Part shown: positions 36,153-50,190 of the stretch, in pieces
How the letters are laid out: every line of letters begins with the position of its first letter
Position numbering within the stretch: position 1 is the stretch's first letter
Source of the DNA: Octopus bimaculoides
Lineage: Eukaryota
Assembly (NCBI RefSeq): GCF_001194135.2
Contig: NC_068997.1
Location: forward strand, 47,423,627-47,487,343
Direction: 5' to 3'
Length of the DNA: 63,717 nt
Made by a program: the position numbers and the translations under genes
Notes under the pieces: model-generated
What the model saw: the letters and a program-made list of their open reading frames with translations, nothing else
Database searches by the model: none
Told to the model about the DNA's origin: nothing

Positions 36153-37717
36153 TATATATATATATATATCCGAGCCTCTGATAGGATCATTTCTTATATA
36201 CACATATACATATGGATTTGTATTGTTTGAATCTCGTTGAAAACAACCTGACGGGAAATTTCGGTTCTATGTATGCAACAAAAGTATAAAGATCTATAAA
36301 AACTTCTGTGGGGACCACATCTGTGGGTAAAGTGATACTCTCTCCAAGTGTTTTAACAAATTCGTACAACAATCTTTGAAGGATCTTATGGTGAACTTAT
36401 GTACCTATACATGTGAAAACAAGGGGTTGGTATTGATTGTGACGTTAAAGAATTTGCGATAAAATGGTTTCTATTCTGGGTGTATATTTTCACTGGGGAT
36501 GTATAAATACCACGTATTGTCAATAATTGTATATTTATTTTCATTACACATGTTACGAGTTTGATTTACCTTACACGTACATTTAATATTTATATTTACG
36601 GCATATAAATAGTAAATATTTATACTATATTGTTCTATGTAAATATAGACTGAGCAATTAACTACATGTCGGACGAACCTGTTGTATGCAGTTAAGAAAG
36701 CTGTTACTTTTGTATCCTCATATGCTACGACTCTTTTCTTTCTCTTTTTTTCCTCTCACTATTTCTTCTCTGTTTTCCTTGTCTTCTCTCTCACAACCAT
36801 CTACCCCACTCTTTGTCTATGTACGTATTTATCGATTTGAATTAATAGTTTTCTGAAGAGAGGATAACCACAAATATACTTGGATATCTATCACATACAC
36901 ACATATATACTTACATATATGTATGTACCCACGTATGTATGTATGTATGTATGTGTTTTTATTTATTTATTTATGGGTTTCAGCCAAGTGGCTGAGGTCA
37001 TGCTGGAGCACCACCGTGTGTGTGTGTGTGTTTTGAACTTAGTTTTTTTACCATAATCCAGATCACTTTGTAGATCTGGTGTAAGAGATGAAATTAAGTT
37101 AGAGAGAGAGAGAGAGGGAGGGAGGGGTAAGTGGGAAGACCAATCACGGAAAAACATTTAGATTCGGGAAGAGGAAAGAGACGAAGAATCTCGAAGCAGT
37201 TATCACTCGTCGACACCTTTAAAGAGGCCACAAACCTTCCCTTGGGACTCCTATACTGTAGATGATATTATAGCTAACTAAATTAATGAATGTAGGGCAA
37301 TTCTAAAGAGGTTATTGCGTTCCAGTTTTAAGAAATAGAATCCCAGTAACTAGGAGAAATGAATACTTTTGTTCGTTCTTGTCTGTATAACTATTGTTTT
37401 CTTTTTTTCTTTTCTTTTTTTTTTTTAAAGGCGATTGTGTCCCGGAGTAAGTGATCTTAGTGACTTATGTTCTAAAAATATGATAGCTTTCTACATAAAA
37501 TATTTTCGCATCGTCTTTATCTTTGTGGTCTGAAAATGACTGTAACGTGCAACGAAGAGCGGTGGTAATTTTTCCACATGTCATTTTCGCAACACGGTTT
37601 CAATTCCCGGCTGCAGTCATTTCCCTTTTCTTACTTTTGTAATGCTCTTGTAAAGGATACAGATATAAAAACATTATCTAAGTTAAAAGTTAAAATACCT
37701 GGCTTACACGCGCGTGT

Positions 37718-37773
<56 letters not shown>

Positions 37774-37899
37774 AATTAACGAACCGATGCGAGAGATTCC
37801 GCGTGGTCCTCGACTTACTAGAAGTGACCGACAAATTTCTTTCAAACTACATTTACTATATTAAAAACAAGAAGCCTTTAGATAATGTAGTACTCTGTT

Positions 37900-38240
37900 A
37901 TATCGTAACAGAAAACAAAATTGGATGGCCATGATCGGAAAGCTTTTGATTATTGGTCTGCTCAAGTCAAGCTCTCTTGGAGCTAAGCAACAACAATCTG
38001 TGTGATAGACTACCTTGTGACCAAGCCAACGAGGGAGCCTCTCCATGGTCGCTTGACCTGTTAAAGATAGCAGCAGATTTCTCCGTATCACATCCTGTTA
38101 TGTGTAAAAGAGAGGGAAGACACATTGCACAATGTTCTCCTACTTATATAAAAGAACAGGATGGTCAAAGTAGGGATGCTTTTGATCATAGTTCTGCTGA
38201 ATCAGGCCTGACCCAGAGATACACAATAACAACAACAACG
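37900..38240 (+). mobile_element. Retroposon 3' tail repeat ending in (AAC)n, two partial tandem copies
   Basis: gcttttgatcatagttctgctgaatcaggcctgacc...aacaacaac occurs twice here; related sequence at about 22060-22190 and 2915-2990. Confidence 0.5.
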
Positions 38241-38689
38241 GCAGCTAACTTGTGACCAGCTCAGTTCCATATTATCTCCACAAAACAGAGTATTACGATT
38301 GTTAGTAAGAGAAGGGAGCGCGAAGTGAAATTGTATCTGTTATAACCGCAGTAAGGAACTATTAAACCTTACACTGGCCAACTAATTCTAACTTTTTTTC
38401 TGCTGACCTAAGTTTTGAGGTAATTTGGGGTTACTAAGTTTTAAAATGGCAACAGTTTTTTTCTATCACGTCTAGATTTTTTTGTCTATGGGCTGGCCCA
38501 TATTGATCCCACCCGTGTCAAGGTGTGAGATAATATATGTAAAGCTACGTAGTTAGAAATACAAACATGGTTATTTCTCTGTAGATTGAAAACAGTGATG
38601 AACAACCTTAATTTTATCTTCGAACCTCATTGGGTGTTCATTAGCAGTGTCTAAATCATTTGACTAATCCTAGAGAAATAAACAGCCTC

Positions 38690-38920
38690 TGTGTGTGTGT
38701 GTTTGTACCTGTGTTTGTCGATCACCACCGCTTGAAAACCGGTGTTGGCATGTTTACGACCCCGTGACTTAACAGTTCAGCAAATAACCGATAGAAAACG
38801 TACCAGATCTAATAAATAAGTACTGGGCCTATTCGTTCGGCCAAAACTTTTCGAGGTAGTGCCCCAGCATGGTCACAGTCTGATGATTGAAGGAAGTGAA
38901 AGATAAATGATTTAAATCTT
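38690..38920 (+). mobile_element. SINE family B 3' half
   Basis: caccgcttgaaaaccggtgttgg...gtgccccagcatggtcacagtc. Confidence 0.75.
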
Positions 38921-39084
38921 TTCGTCTCGATGATTAAATTTAATTTCTTTACTTGTTACCAAAACTCGTTCACAGCTGATCGTTCACACTTCTCTAGATA
39001 GCAACCGATTACTATTTCGTTACTTTACAACTAAGATGCATTGTAAAAATATATATTGACTTCAGTTACTTGACCAATATTTTA

Positions 39085-39180
39085 CTTTATTGACCTCGGC
39101 GGGATTCGAACTCAGAACGTAAAAGGTCATAACCAAATACTGTAAGATATTTTGTCAGATTTCCTGCCAATTCACCAGAC
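39085..39180 (-). mobile_element. SINE family A 5' fragment
   Basis: gacctcggcgggattcgaactcagaacgtaa. Confidence 0.6.
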
Positions 39181-40499
39181 GACGCTTTACTGTAACTGTT
39201 TGACATTATCAACTGAGGACAACACAAAACGCTCTCAACACCCACAGTAAATAATATTGCGACTGAAAACACACCCAATATTGGAACAGAAGAAAACTAT
39301 GAGATCGGCAATTACGTCTAAGTATCAGTTGCTCTGACATGAAACCACACACACACACCAATGTATCATTCGTGTTGCCCATACGACAGTTACATAGTAA
39401 TACGGACGTTGGTGAAGTGCATACTGACTTAGCAGACATCTGGAATTACATCTGCGAAGTGATGTCATATGTACACATGCACATTTGTTTTCAGATATAC
39501 GAAAGAAGTCTTATAGAAAGCAGATCATTAGAAAATAAGATAACAATCCTCAGGATGTAACACCGCCTGCATTGTGCAGGAAATTGTACTAAAAATGGAG
39601 AGTAAGCGAGCTTTTGCCATTTTGTCCAGTGCTCGACGTCTGGATTTCGTCCACACTGTGATCACTTTAAGATACCTGCGTTACTATTTATACTTGAATT
39701 ATCTCCGTCTTCTTTGAGCTTATAAAAGGTAAGTTATGCTGGGGAAAAATGAGTAAGCCACAATAAGGTAATTTTGCCTTTTCATTTCTGCAGAATTACA
39801 TTTGAAAAAAGACTCATACACATCAATATCCATCCTTAGATATCAGAAAGATCAGAAATGCAACAAAAGTTTAAAATATCTAGATCAAATGAAAGTGGAT
39901 CATGGGAAAATGGCACATGATATGAAATTAACGAAACTCGGCTAAATAAAAATAAACTAAGCATAAAATATTCTCAACAACTTCTTCCCGATATATTTAC
40001 GTACAATACAGTTAAAGAGAAGAAATTACTGAAAATAATCATTACTTATTTTGCCCCAATTTCGATGTCATATTTTTGAAAATTGAAAATAATGGAATTA
40101 GACATTAGTGTGAGAAAAATTGACGTGGAATCCAAGAGAGTCCAACAGACGAAAGAATATTGATTGTTAAACACTATAAATTATTCAGATATTTTATTAG
40201 CAACCTCAATTGCAATCAGGTTAAAGTTAAGGAAACATTTCTTGAAAAACAAAGTACCAGTTATCTATGTTTCAAACTCTCTTAACTTCAGCAACAAATA
40301 TGTTGACCGATTTTTACTCCTAAAAATGTTGCAGCAGGACAAAATGATTTCAAGTAGGTAGGGAGAAATCAGAAATTATTCATTTTACCCCGGTTACTAA
40401 TTTTGCCCCATCACCAACATTAAAAATATTCCACACAATATGTGTGTGTGTGTGTGTGTGTATGTGTGTGTGTGCACGCGCGTGTGCGTGTGTGAGTGA

Positions 40500-40690
40500 G
40501 TGTGTGCCTGTGTTTTTCCCACCACCATCTCTTGGTGTGTTTACGTCCCTGTAGCCTAGCAGTTCGGCAAAAGAGAATAAGCTCTAGGCTTACAAAAATA
40601 AGTCCTGGGTCGATTTCTTTGACTAAAACCCTTTAAGGCGGTGCCCCAGCATGGCTGCAGTCAAATGACTGAAACATATAAAAGAATATA
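40500..40690 (+). mobile_element. SINE family B 3' half
   Basis: gtgtttacgtccctgtagcctagcagttcggcaaaagag...gcggtgccccagcatggctgcagtcaaatgactgaaac. Confidence 0.8.
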
Positions 40691-43228
40691 TGTTTGCGCG
40701 CGCGTAGGGTGAAAGACAGAATTTTAAGTTTTAATTTTACCCAGGTACGTTATTGCACACCGTTAGCTTTGTTGGAGAAGGTACGAAGTGTTTCTCTTTC
40801 TCCGGTGTCTTTCACAAGGTATTCGATATTTCTTTTCCGTCTCTAGATGCCTGCTGTTCTTTGTGGTGGGATAATGACGTACCGAAACATCATCATGTAA
40901 CAACTATTGGACAGCAAAACTGGCTGTCTTTCTAAATGTGTATCTATGTGTATGTATAAGGAATAGATATAATTTGTAGGTTTTACAGATATTTGCTTGT
41001 CAGTTATTGATTCAATAAAATATTAGAATTACAACGAAGATAGGATGGGTTCTTTTTATTTTTCTAGCTTCGAGTGCCAAGAATTGGGTTTTTCTGCCGA
41101 TTCTTACTATCTCAAAGATTCACTTATCTAAAGTCCATTCTTGAAAGAAATATATATACATTCAATAAATTTTGAATGTCTACGACATTTCAATACTAAC
41201 GATGACTTCTTGCTGAAATGTCAGAATAAGAAATAACAACACAAAAAATGCAAGATTGTCGTTTTTAACCCTGTCGCTACAATACTACGCAATTGTTCGT
41301 AAAAGTAGGCCGGGGAAAATACTTATCAGATATGAATAGTAAACATGTGCATTGTATATGCGTATAACAGACCGAAAAATATCAAGATTATGATTAATAA
41401 GAAACAATATTTCTATTGTCTGATGAGACTAGACAACAGGAAGGAACAAATCTATATCCCGGGGAAGATTGTTTTTCTGGTTTAAAAGGAAAAGGATAAT
41501 ATTGTTATTAGAAACATAACCCATTGTCTACTAGACTGTGATGATTATATATAACTCTGATAAAGAAAACTACTTTGTTATAAGTAAGACGATCTGTTGG
41601 TGTTTGCTATGTCAATTCTTATGTCAAAATATATGGTTTCTTAGTTTAGTAGGTCGTTGCTGCCTCTCTGAACATCTTGTCTTCGTATAACGTATGCTTT
41701 TCGTAACTGTCATTATTATTTGGGAGAAGGGCGATGTGAATGACATTTGCATGTCCTCTCTGGCTGGTGAGGTCTTTGTGGGCTGAACTGCTGTCGATTG
41801 ATATTCGTGTGGAAAGGAAAACGTTCTTTGCCGTGAGGAGTGAAGGAAAGAGCGAGAGAGAGAGAGAGAGACAGACAGAGAGACAGACAGACAGACAGAC
41901 AGTGGAGTGCTGAGAGGATTGTTGTCATTTAGGTTGGAGGCAACTAAACGAAGGAAAGAGCTGGAGATGAAAGAATGATATGAGAACTGAAAGGAAAGGT
42001 GAAGAGAGTGGCAGTGTGAGGGGTCCAGAAGATTAACGAAGATGGAAGAAGATAAGAATTAAAAAGGGAAACCAGAAAGTGATTTGGCCTCTAAAAGAAA
42101 TGTGATGAGTTTTCATTCTGTTTCCTTCTTTACTTGAAATCTATGCTTTTTCTATTGGCTCTTTCCACCTCTTCTCTTTAATTCTTAGTTTCCACTCTTT
42201 CGAAGTTGTCGCAGCCCTGATTCCTGATCCATTCATACCACACTCTCAACTTATCCCTTCTTTTCTCACATGAGGTCTTCGCCGAGATATTTAGCATCCA
42301 AGGTCAGGCCTACAATATGCACCCCATTTCTACAACGCCCTTCAGCTTCTTGTCAATTTGACCAAACTTTTTCTAGTGTGATTTTTCTATCTTATGACTT
42401 ACTTTTAAACAAGTTAACCCCAAGTATTATTTTCTTTTTATCTCAACAGTTGACAAGCATTAGGTTAAACATTTTCAGCGAGCCTATTATTGGTGACAGC
42501 GAGTGACGAGGGAGGGTCTGTAGCTCGATGTGAAATAAATATCTCAAATTCGTCCGTAAAACAGTGATTTTTCAGTTTTCTCGCCTACGTTTATATATCT
42601 TTCATTCATTATACATCGATAAAAGATGTACATACATATTTACATATACAAGTTTCCTTCGACCAAATTTGGCTCTCAAAGTAATAGTCAACCTGTGACC
42701 ATGATATCACTTGTTAAAAATTCCGTGCAGCGGGATCGAACCAAGAACGGTATGGTTATGAAGCGAACTTAACTACTCTGCTGTTACTGAGCTATCATTA
42801 TACTATGCTAATGGGTGTCAGAGCTCCAACAATGACCTAATATTTAATATTTTTACCTTTTCACCGCCAAAATGATTTTTCAAAAGGAAATTATCATTAA
42901 AAAAAAATCATAATTGTTTTTTAATACGATAAAAATATATTTAAAAGATGGAAAAAAAAATCTGTAAAACTCATTTATTTGTTTTCCTCCCAGAATAAAT
43001 TTTTGTCTAATTTATTGCGATTACACTTCCTGGTTTTGGTTTAAGATTCGAAAATGTTTAGTTTATATTTGGTTCACATGTAGAACCATAACAACTACAG
43101 GGATATTGTTTCAACGTATAGTGTTCTCTCCTCGTCCCTTTTCACTCTTCCACCCAGCAAGGCAGTTGCTGTAATTTGTCAGAAATAATAGACTAAATAG
43201 ACGGCATTTTTTCTTCTCTCTCTCTCTT

Positions 43229-43280
<52 letters not shown>

Positions 43281-43461
43281 AAACAAATACTGTTGATTTG
43301 TTCTGCTTTATAACAATATAGGACATTTTACGCGGAAAACGCTGTTAAAGACAAATGAGATCTGCTTTATAGGTGGGAGAGATTAATTTATTGATGAACT
43401 GAATATTATGATTATTTAGGAAACAGTATTTTCCTTAGGAATGTATGCATCTCTCTTTCTT

Positions 43462-43520
<59 letters not shown>

Positions 43521-43539
43521 ATACACGCCACACGTATTG

Positions 43540-43710
43540 GTTTCAAGGGGCTAGCAACTTCGTGGAAGGAGATAAGTCGATTACATTGACCCTGGTGCTC
43601 AACTGGTACTCATTTTATAGACCCAGAAAGGATGAAAGGGCAAAGTCGACCTCAGCGGAATTACACGGATGGAATGCCACTAAGCATTTTGCTTGGCGTG
43701 CTAACGATTC
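43540..43710 (-). mobile_element. SINE family A
   Basis: gacccagaaaggatgaaagggcaaagtcgacctcagcggaatt. Confidence 0.7.
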
Positions 43711-43789
43711 TGAGGCACGCACGGACGCACGCACGCACGCGCGCGCGCATATATGTATATGTATATGTATATACGATCGTATACGATTT

Positions 43790-45465
43790 CACATCCTACC
43801 TCGACGGACTGCTGCGGTTCTCAGCGATGGAGGCAACGCGCTGCGAAAGGCTGATAACAGCCTTTGAAATACGGGAAGCAACGGCTAGCTGTATGAGGGG
43901 TAAATCACCTGGTTTGGCTTACATGCCAAACTTGTTCGACGACCTCTTAGCAAATGTTTACTGCAACTAGCAACTGAATGGGAAAATTCACCGTTTTATG
44001 AGTCGAGGAGCGGTGGCGTTAGTGAGAAAAGACTCGAACAAGGGGCACTGTATTGACAGCTTTAAGCCCATAACTCTGCTGAATGCAGAGTTCAAAATTT
44101 TGGCCAAGGTGTTAGCTACGATGTTGGCACTTGTCGTCGGTGATCTGGTAGAAGAGGCACAGACATGTGCCATCCCGAAAAGATCCATCCACGACAACCT
44201 CCACTCATGCGATACATCATTGAAAAAGTGGGGCACGGGTGGGGCTCTGATCAATTTAGATCAGTCTAAAGCTTTCGATAGGGTCGACTATCTATACCTA
44301 GCAGCGGTCCTCAAGGCAGCTGGTTTCGGGCACCGCGGCATCTGTTCAGTGGTCAAAGTAAACGGTCACCTCTTAGAACCATTCAACATCATGAGCGCGG
44401 TCTGGCAAGGTTACTCCCTCTCATTACTCTTGTAAATACTGACTCTCGTGCCACTACTACACAAGCTGGAGACGTTGAGGGGCATACCGCGTGACCTAGG
44501 ATGTAGGAAATGCCTGTCGGCATATGCCGATGACGCCACCGTAGTGGTGTCGGATCATAAACACATGGAAATGATCGGCACCGCTCTCAGGGACTATGAG
44601 GCGGTGTCAAGAGCGACGATTAACCGGGAAAATCAGTGAGCTTGCGGCTCGGCACCCGGAGAAGCAAGTCCATGCCGTCTAACTGCCTCGTTCAGCGTTG
44701 GACGGACGGACCGGTTAAATTGCTCGGGATCTCGTTTAGATGGAGAAAAACTGAGACAAGGTATCGAGCAGGGTGACTACTCTCATCCAGAAATGGGCCG
44801 AGAGGAAGCTATCCCTTAAAGGTCGAACAGGGGTGGCTAACGCATACATAACGTCCGTCATCTACTACCGCTTGACCATCGTACCTTGTCCCGACCACCG
44901 TCTGATTACGTTAGAACGTATACTCTGAGACTACAATATCTCCAGTGCTTCCTTGGCGGTGAACAGGTATGGTCGTCGTTCGCCAGACTCGTATTTTCCC
45001 AGCTATTTTCTTTAATAGAACTGCAGTCCTGGTAAAACAGAGACCGAGAAAAGACATTTGGAAAGTGGAATGTCTTCAAGCGCTCACTGCCTTCAGCTAG
45101 TCGGACACTGCAATAGGTGGAACATCGACTTTAGCTTTTTATAGAGGATTAGTGGAGGAAAAGTGCGACGACGTTCTTGGAGAGATCTTGGGCGTCGAAG
45201 AAGATCAGCTAGCCGCTCTTTTCCGATAGATAATTTCCAAAAATTTTTGGCTTGGCAGCTCTACCGGGGAGCTTTGCTTGTTCGAGATAAAGTTTACAGG
45301 CACAGAAGTGCTGTCAGCCGAGCATGTTCGAGATGTGCGCAGGACGACGAGATGGCCCTGCATGCACTCGTCCAGTGCCCGAACAATGCTCGAGCACTTG
45401 GTTTTATGTCGAACACCTGCTGTCCCGTGTATGACGGATCCGGCTGTCAACTTTCAATCAGTTAA
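43790..45465 (+). mobile_element. Tx1/L1-like LINE ORF2 remnant (RT domain to zf-RVT)
   Basis: GKSPG, FKPITLLNAEFKILAKVL, QTCAIPKRSIHDNLH, GALINLDQSKAFDRVD, CLSAYADDATVVVSD, and C-terminal AWQLYRGALLVRDK...CSRCAQDDEMALHALVQCP; many stops and frameshifts; same family as 10240-11205. Confidence 0.92.
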
Positions 45466-45659
45466 AATCAGAAGCCATGAAAGCCGTGCTTAGTACTGCA
45501 TCAGGGCATTTATTCTTCTTCTTCTTCTTATTATTATTATTATGGCCGCCACACTGCAAAGTCACGGAAATTTGGAGCTCTGTAATTTCAAATAGTGTTT
45601 ATAATCCTTTCGGCTTTCTAAGGCCCCGTGTTTTCGTTTTATTGTTACCATTGTATTTC

Positions 45660-47040
45660 TGAGATTGTCTGGACTGCGTAGATAGTATTTTTGTGTAGAA
45701 ACACCCCCTGTTTTGCAGGGAGTGCGCATCAATAGTTTTGAATCTTAACAACTTTCGGGAAAAGAATATTTTGTTGTTTTCATTATTCAGTTAAAGATGG
45801 CCGATAAAGAAACCATCATAATGTTCGACAACGGAACGCGTTCCTCGTCGGAGAAAAATGAGAGCAAAAATGTAGAATGACCAAAAACTTAATGACGTCA
45901 CCGAAGCGAATAATGTTTCGTCTCTAAACAACGTCAAAACTTTCTGTGTCGACAACGACAACAACAGCAGCAGCAGTGAAACAACAAAAACAACATCAAC
46001 AATATGAAAGAAATGAAACATAAAAAAACACGAATATTGCCTCCGCCGCCACAGCCACCTCCGCTGCAATGATTTCTTTTGCGATAACGGTGAGAAATTT
46101 GGAAAATTTCCGCATAGATGAACAAGATTTTAAAATTGCAAGAAAAATTGTAAAAAAAGAATGGGAGAAGGGTAGCTCTAAACCCTCCATCCGACGTGAT
46201 AGAGACTGTCTTAAGATGCACGGCCACATACCGATGCATCACACCAGGTGGAAAATACTTCTGAGAGTGAAATACAAAATGACTTGGGCGCATGTAGGAA
46301 CAAAAGACCCACATCACCCGAGGAAAGAAGTTTGGAACTATCGAGGCGAGATTTGAGACGGAAGAAGAAGCCAGGTGTCATTCCGCTACCAATTTGAGGA
46401 ATGAAAACTTCTTAATCCCCAGCTATCACGATCAACACCTTGCCAAGATTAGGGTGTTGAATATGCCGCCAGAAATATCCATCACCTGGTTAATGTCGGC
46501 CGTCTTGGCAGGTTTAGAAGAAGACGGAGTGAAAATTTTGGAGGTCAAGAAAATATCTAAGCAAAACTGGTCAGGTATAGGTATGGAACTAATCTTACAA
46601 TGTATGCAGGACCATATCGACCAGCTTCCTGATCTAATCGATTTCCCGAATGGTACTTAACTGTCAGTGTTAGTGAGGTGGGGTGGTAGAAAACCAAGAT
46701 ATCACATATGTGGATCTGTAACTCACTTAAAGGCTTTCTGCCCTGAAGCAATAAAAACCAAACTCCCACTACTGCCAAAACTACAAACACCATAAATGCA
46801 AAATAATGAACAAGTGCTCAAGACTCCCACACCCACATCCATGCACACAACCACTCCCAAACCAAGACACTCTTCTTCTAGTGTTGTATACTATGGATAC
46901 TTCCCTTCTTCTAATGTATACCGTGTATAGTTTTTTCTTATCATTCTACCATGTGTAAACCTCCACACTTTGTCTTTGCATTGTCCCCATCATCCTGCAC
47001 CTTGATGGCAAATAAAAGAAATCATCATCATCATCATCAT
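45660..47040 (+). mobile_element. LINE ORF1 (gag-like, RRM-like region plus degenerate CCHC knuckle) followed directly by a LINE-like 3' tail
   Basis: AKIRVLNMPPEISITWL (RRM-like). YHICGSVTHLKAFC at 46700-46741 is CX2CX4HX4C with the first Cys changed to Tyr. The tail ...tggcaaataaaagaaat(cat)n follows with no ORF2. Confidence 0.65.
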
Positions 47041-47059
47041 CATCATTATTATTCAAGCT

Positions 47060-47268
47060 GTAGGCTGGCAGAATCGTTAGCACACTGGACAAAATGCTTA
47101 GCCGTATTTCGCCCGTCATTACGTTCTGAGTTCAAATTCCACCGAGGTCGACTTTGCCTTTCATCCTTTCGGGGTCGATAAATTAAGTACCAGTCACGTA
47201 CTGAGGTCGATGTGATCGATTGTCCCTCTCTCTACAAAAATCCAGGCCTTGTGCCTATAGTAGAAAGG

Positions 47269-47303
<35 letters not shown>

Positions 47304-47810
47304 CATTATTATACAGGCTGTCAGCTGGCAGAATTGTTAGCACGTCGGAGAAAATGCATTTCATCTGTCTATACGTTTTGAATTAAAATTTCGCCAAGGT
47401 CGACTTTGCTATTCATCCTTTCGTGGGTAGACAAAATAACTAGCATTTAGGCCCTGGAGTCGATATAATCAACTAACTCTCGCTCTCAAAATTGCTGACC
47501 ATGTGCCAAAAATTTGAAACTGTTGTTGTTACTACTACTACTACTACTACTACTGTAATCACCATCATCATCATCCTCATCAATATTGGTAAGGCGGCGA
47601 GTTGGCAGAATCGTTAGCACGCTGGACGAAATGCTTAGCGGTATTTCGCCCGTTGCTGCGTTCTGAGTTCAAATTCCGCCGAGGTCGACTTTGCCTCGGG
47701 GTCGATAAATTAAGTACCAGCGAAACACTGGGGTCGATGTAATCGACTAGTCCCCTCCCCCCAAATTTTAGGCCTTGTGCCTATAATAGAAAGGATTATT
47801 ATTATTATTA
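47060..47810 (+). mobile_element. Three tandem SINE family A copies separated by (ATT)n/(ACT)n/(ATC)n tails
   Basis: Copies at about 47060-47270, 47315-47520 and 47590-47800. Confidence 0.88.
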
Positions 47811-48029
47811 TTATACATTTTCATCGACGTTAGCCTTGCATTTGACGGCTGCACCCGGGAAACGAAACTAAGTCGCTCAATCGCCACATTTGGAGCTTGT
47901 TCTCATTTATTATTTTTTTCTCCCTCCATTCTGTGGCTTTAATAACATGCTATGAAATAATTCCAGAAACATTTTATTGTAAATTGATATTCCTAAAGTT
48001 ACAGTTGTTGCAAACAAACGGGTGCACAC

Positions 48030-48323
48030 ATGGGCGTGCACACCCTTCCACACATAACACATTAATGCGTATATACTTACACCCTTTCACACCCAAACAC
48101 ATATACACAGACAGACAGATGTATATGGGGTATAAGCATGTATAGACTTACACCCATTCATACAACCATATTTACAGAACCTTGCACACACATGTGCGCG
48201 CACGCACACACACACACATATACACACACAGATACATAACACTAACACGTATATGCTTACATCCTTCTACACACCCGAACACGCACGTACACTTATATTC
48301 ACATCATAACGCATTGCTTATAA

Positions 48324-48365
<42 letters not shown>

Positions 48366-48660
48366 GTATATAAATATGTATGTACTTACATCCACGCATC
48401 CTCACACATACATACATGCATTTACACACACATTGACTCACATGCATAACAGTCTCACACATATAACACATTCACACGCACACACACGCACGCACATGCA
48501 TAACATAAAGTCATTATACGTCCATTTATAAACACATCCATGCACACACACTCGTAAACACACATACATACACACACACATACACACACACACGCACGCA
48601 CGCATGCATGCACGCACACACATACGTATTAAAGCAAAAACTTCACCCACACACAGAAAT
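48030..48660. repeat. (CA)n/(TG)n-rich low-complexity region
   Basis: Direct. Confidence 0.85.
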
Positions 48661-48904
48661 GTAAGTGAATTAGTAAAATAATTTTGGTGTGGTTTGCAAA
48701 TTCAAATGTTTGTCATTTTTTTCATCTAGTGGATATGTTTTCATGTGATACTGAACTGACCCCAGGGGCTTTCTCCGACCCAATTCATAATTGATACCCA
48801 AACGGTATGTCAAGGAATGCCCCCAATATCTTATTTGTGAGAGCAGCCAATGCTGTGTGAGGGGGGGGGGAGTGAACGGTGAATTCCCGTTTGTACACAG
48901 TCAA

Positions 48905-49400
48905 ACTGTACTTTATCATCATCGTCATCATTATCATCATTATACCACCACCACCACCAGCAACAACATCATCATCATCACCATCACTGCCGCCGCCACT
49001 GCTACAGCCATCATGACCATTATCATTAATCCCATTACAACCACTGCTACCAACAACACCGCAACTGTCTTTAGTATCACAACACCAACACCAACACCAT
49101 CACCATGAATACCACCATCTAACACCACCACTATACTACAGCCAACACCACATCACCACAACAAACATCATCGATACCACCACTACCGCCACCAATACCA
49201 CCACCATCATCGCCACCACTACCATCACCCAACACCACCACCATAACCACTATCAATACCACCACCCACCCACCACCAAAACACTACCACCAACACCACC
49301 ACCATCGTTATCGTCACCACCACCACCACCACCACCAATCACTACGTCATCGATGTCCTTGACGTTGGCCACATCGTTATCGTCGTTGTGGTCATCGCCG
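48905..49400. repeat. (ACC/ATC)n trinucleotide low-complexity tract
   Basis: Direct. Confidence 0.9.
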
Positions 49401-49824
49401 TCAGAATCGTTGTTTTGAGAAAAGAAGTTTCGTAATGTCATATTACAATATATTGATGAATTTATAATAAATATGTCAAATTATAATTCTGTTTCTCACT
49501 CCGTAAGTCAGCACTACTTTACTTGGGCAGTTATCATAAAAATTTGGTTGGTCGATTTTGCCTTTCATCCTTTCGGGGGTCGATAAAATAAGTACCAGTT
49601 ATTTTCTCGTGAGAAAATACAATTACCAAAAATTATTTACAATTTCGTCCACCAGAACATTTATCCTAGCACTCATACCAAATGCATATCGGAACCGGAG
49701 CGTGTCCATATATTCAAAGCTAAAAATAAAAAGCGCAAAGACATCGACGAGTCATTCCAACAAAACAGCAATCCGATACAAACACGACGGACCTAATAGT
49801 GGTTTGCGTCGTGCACTCATAGAG

Positions 49825-50190
49825 TAATACCTGTAATTCAAAGGGCCAGCTTTGTCACATTCTGTGTCATGCTGAATCTCCCTGAGAACTACGTCAAGGG
49901 TACACGTGTCTGTGGAGTGCTTAGCCACATGCACGTTAATTCCACGAGGAGGCTGTTCCGGTCATCGGATCAGCTGGAACACTCGTCGTCGTAACCAACG
50001 GACGGAAGCTGAAAGAAGCCCGTAGTGTGTGCGTTTGTGTGTCTGTGCTTGTCCCCACACCACCATCGCTTAACAACCGATGCTGGAGTGTTTACGTCCC
50101 CGTAACTTAGCGGTTCGACAAAAGAAACGGATAGGATAAGTACTAGGCCTACAAAGTCGATTTATTCGTCTAAAGGCAAACAAGTAAAAG
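49825..50190 (+). mobile_element. Chimeric SINE: family C 3' half fused to family B 3' half
   Basis: The family C body ends ...cgtaaccaacggacgga and continues directly as family B agctgaaagaagcccgt... Confidence 0.75.

Noticed and set aside
39495-39960. Plus-strand exon pair with good splice-like sites (tttcag|, aag|gtaag, tctgcag|) and a 50-codon terminal frame before AATAAA
   Set aside because: The upstream candidate exons have stops in the required frames and the peptide is unrecognised; a lncRNA cannot be excluded without RNA data.
47060-47810. CRISPR-like repeat-spacer array
   Set aside because: The repeats are about 200-bp SINEs with microsatellite tails in a eukaryotic context; there are no cas genes.
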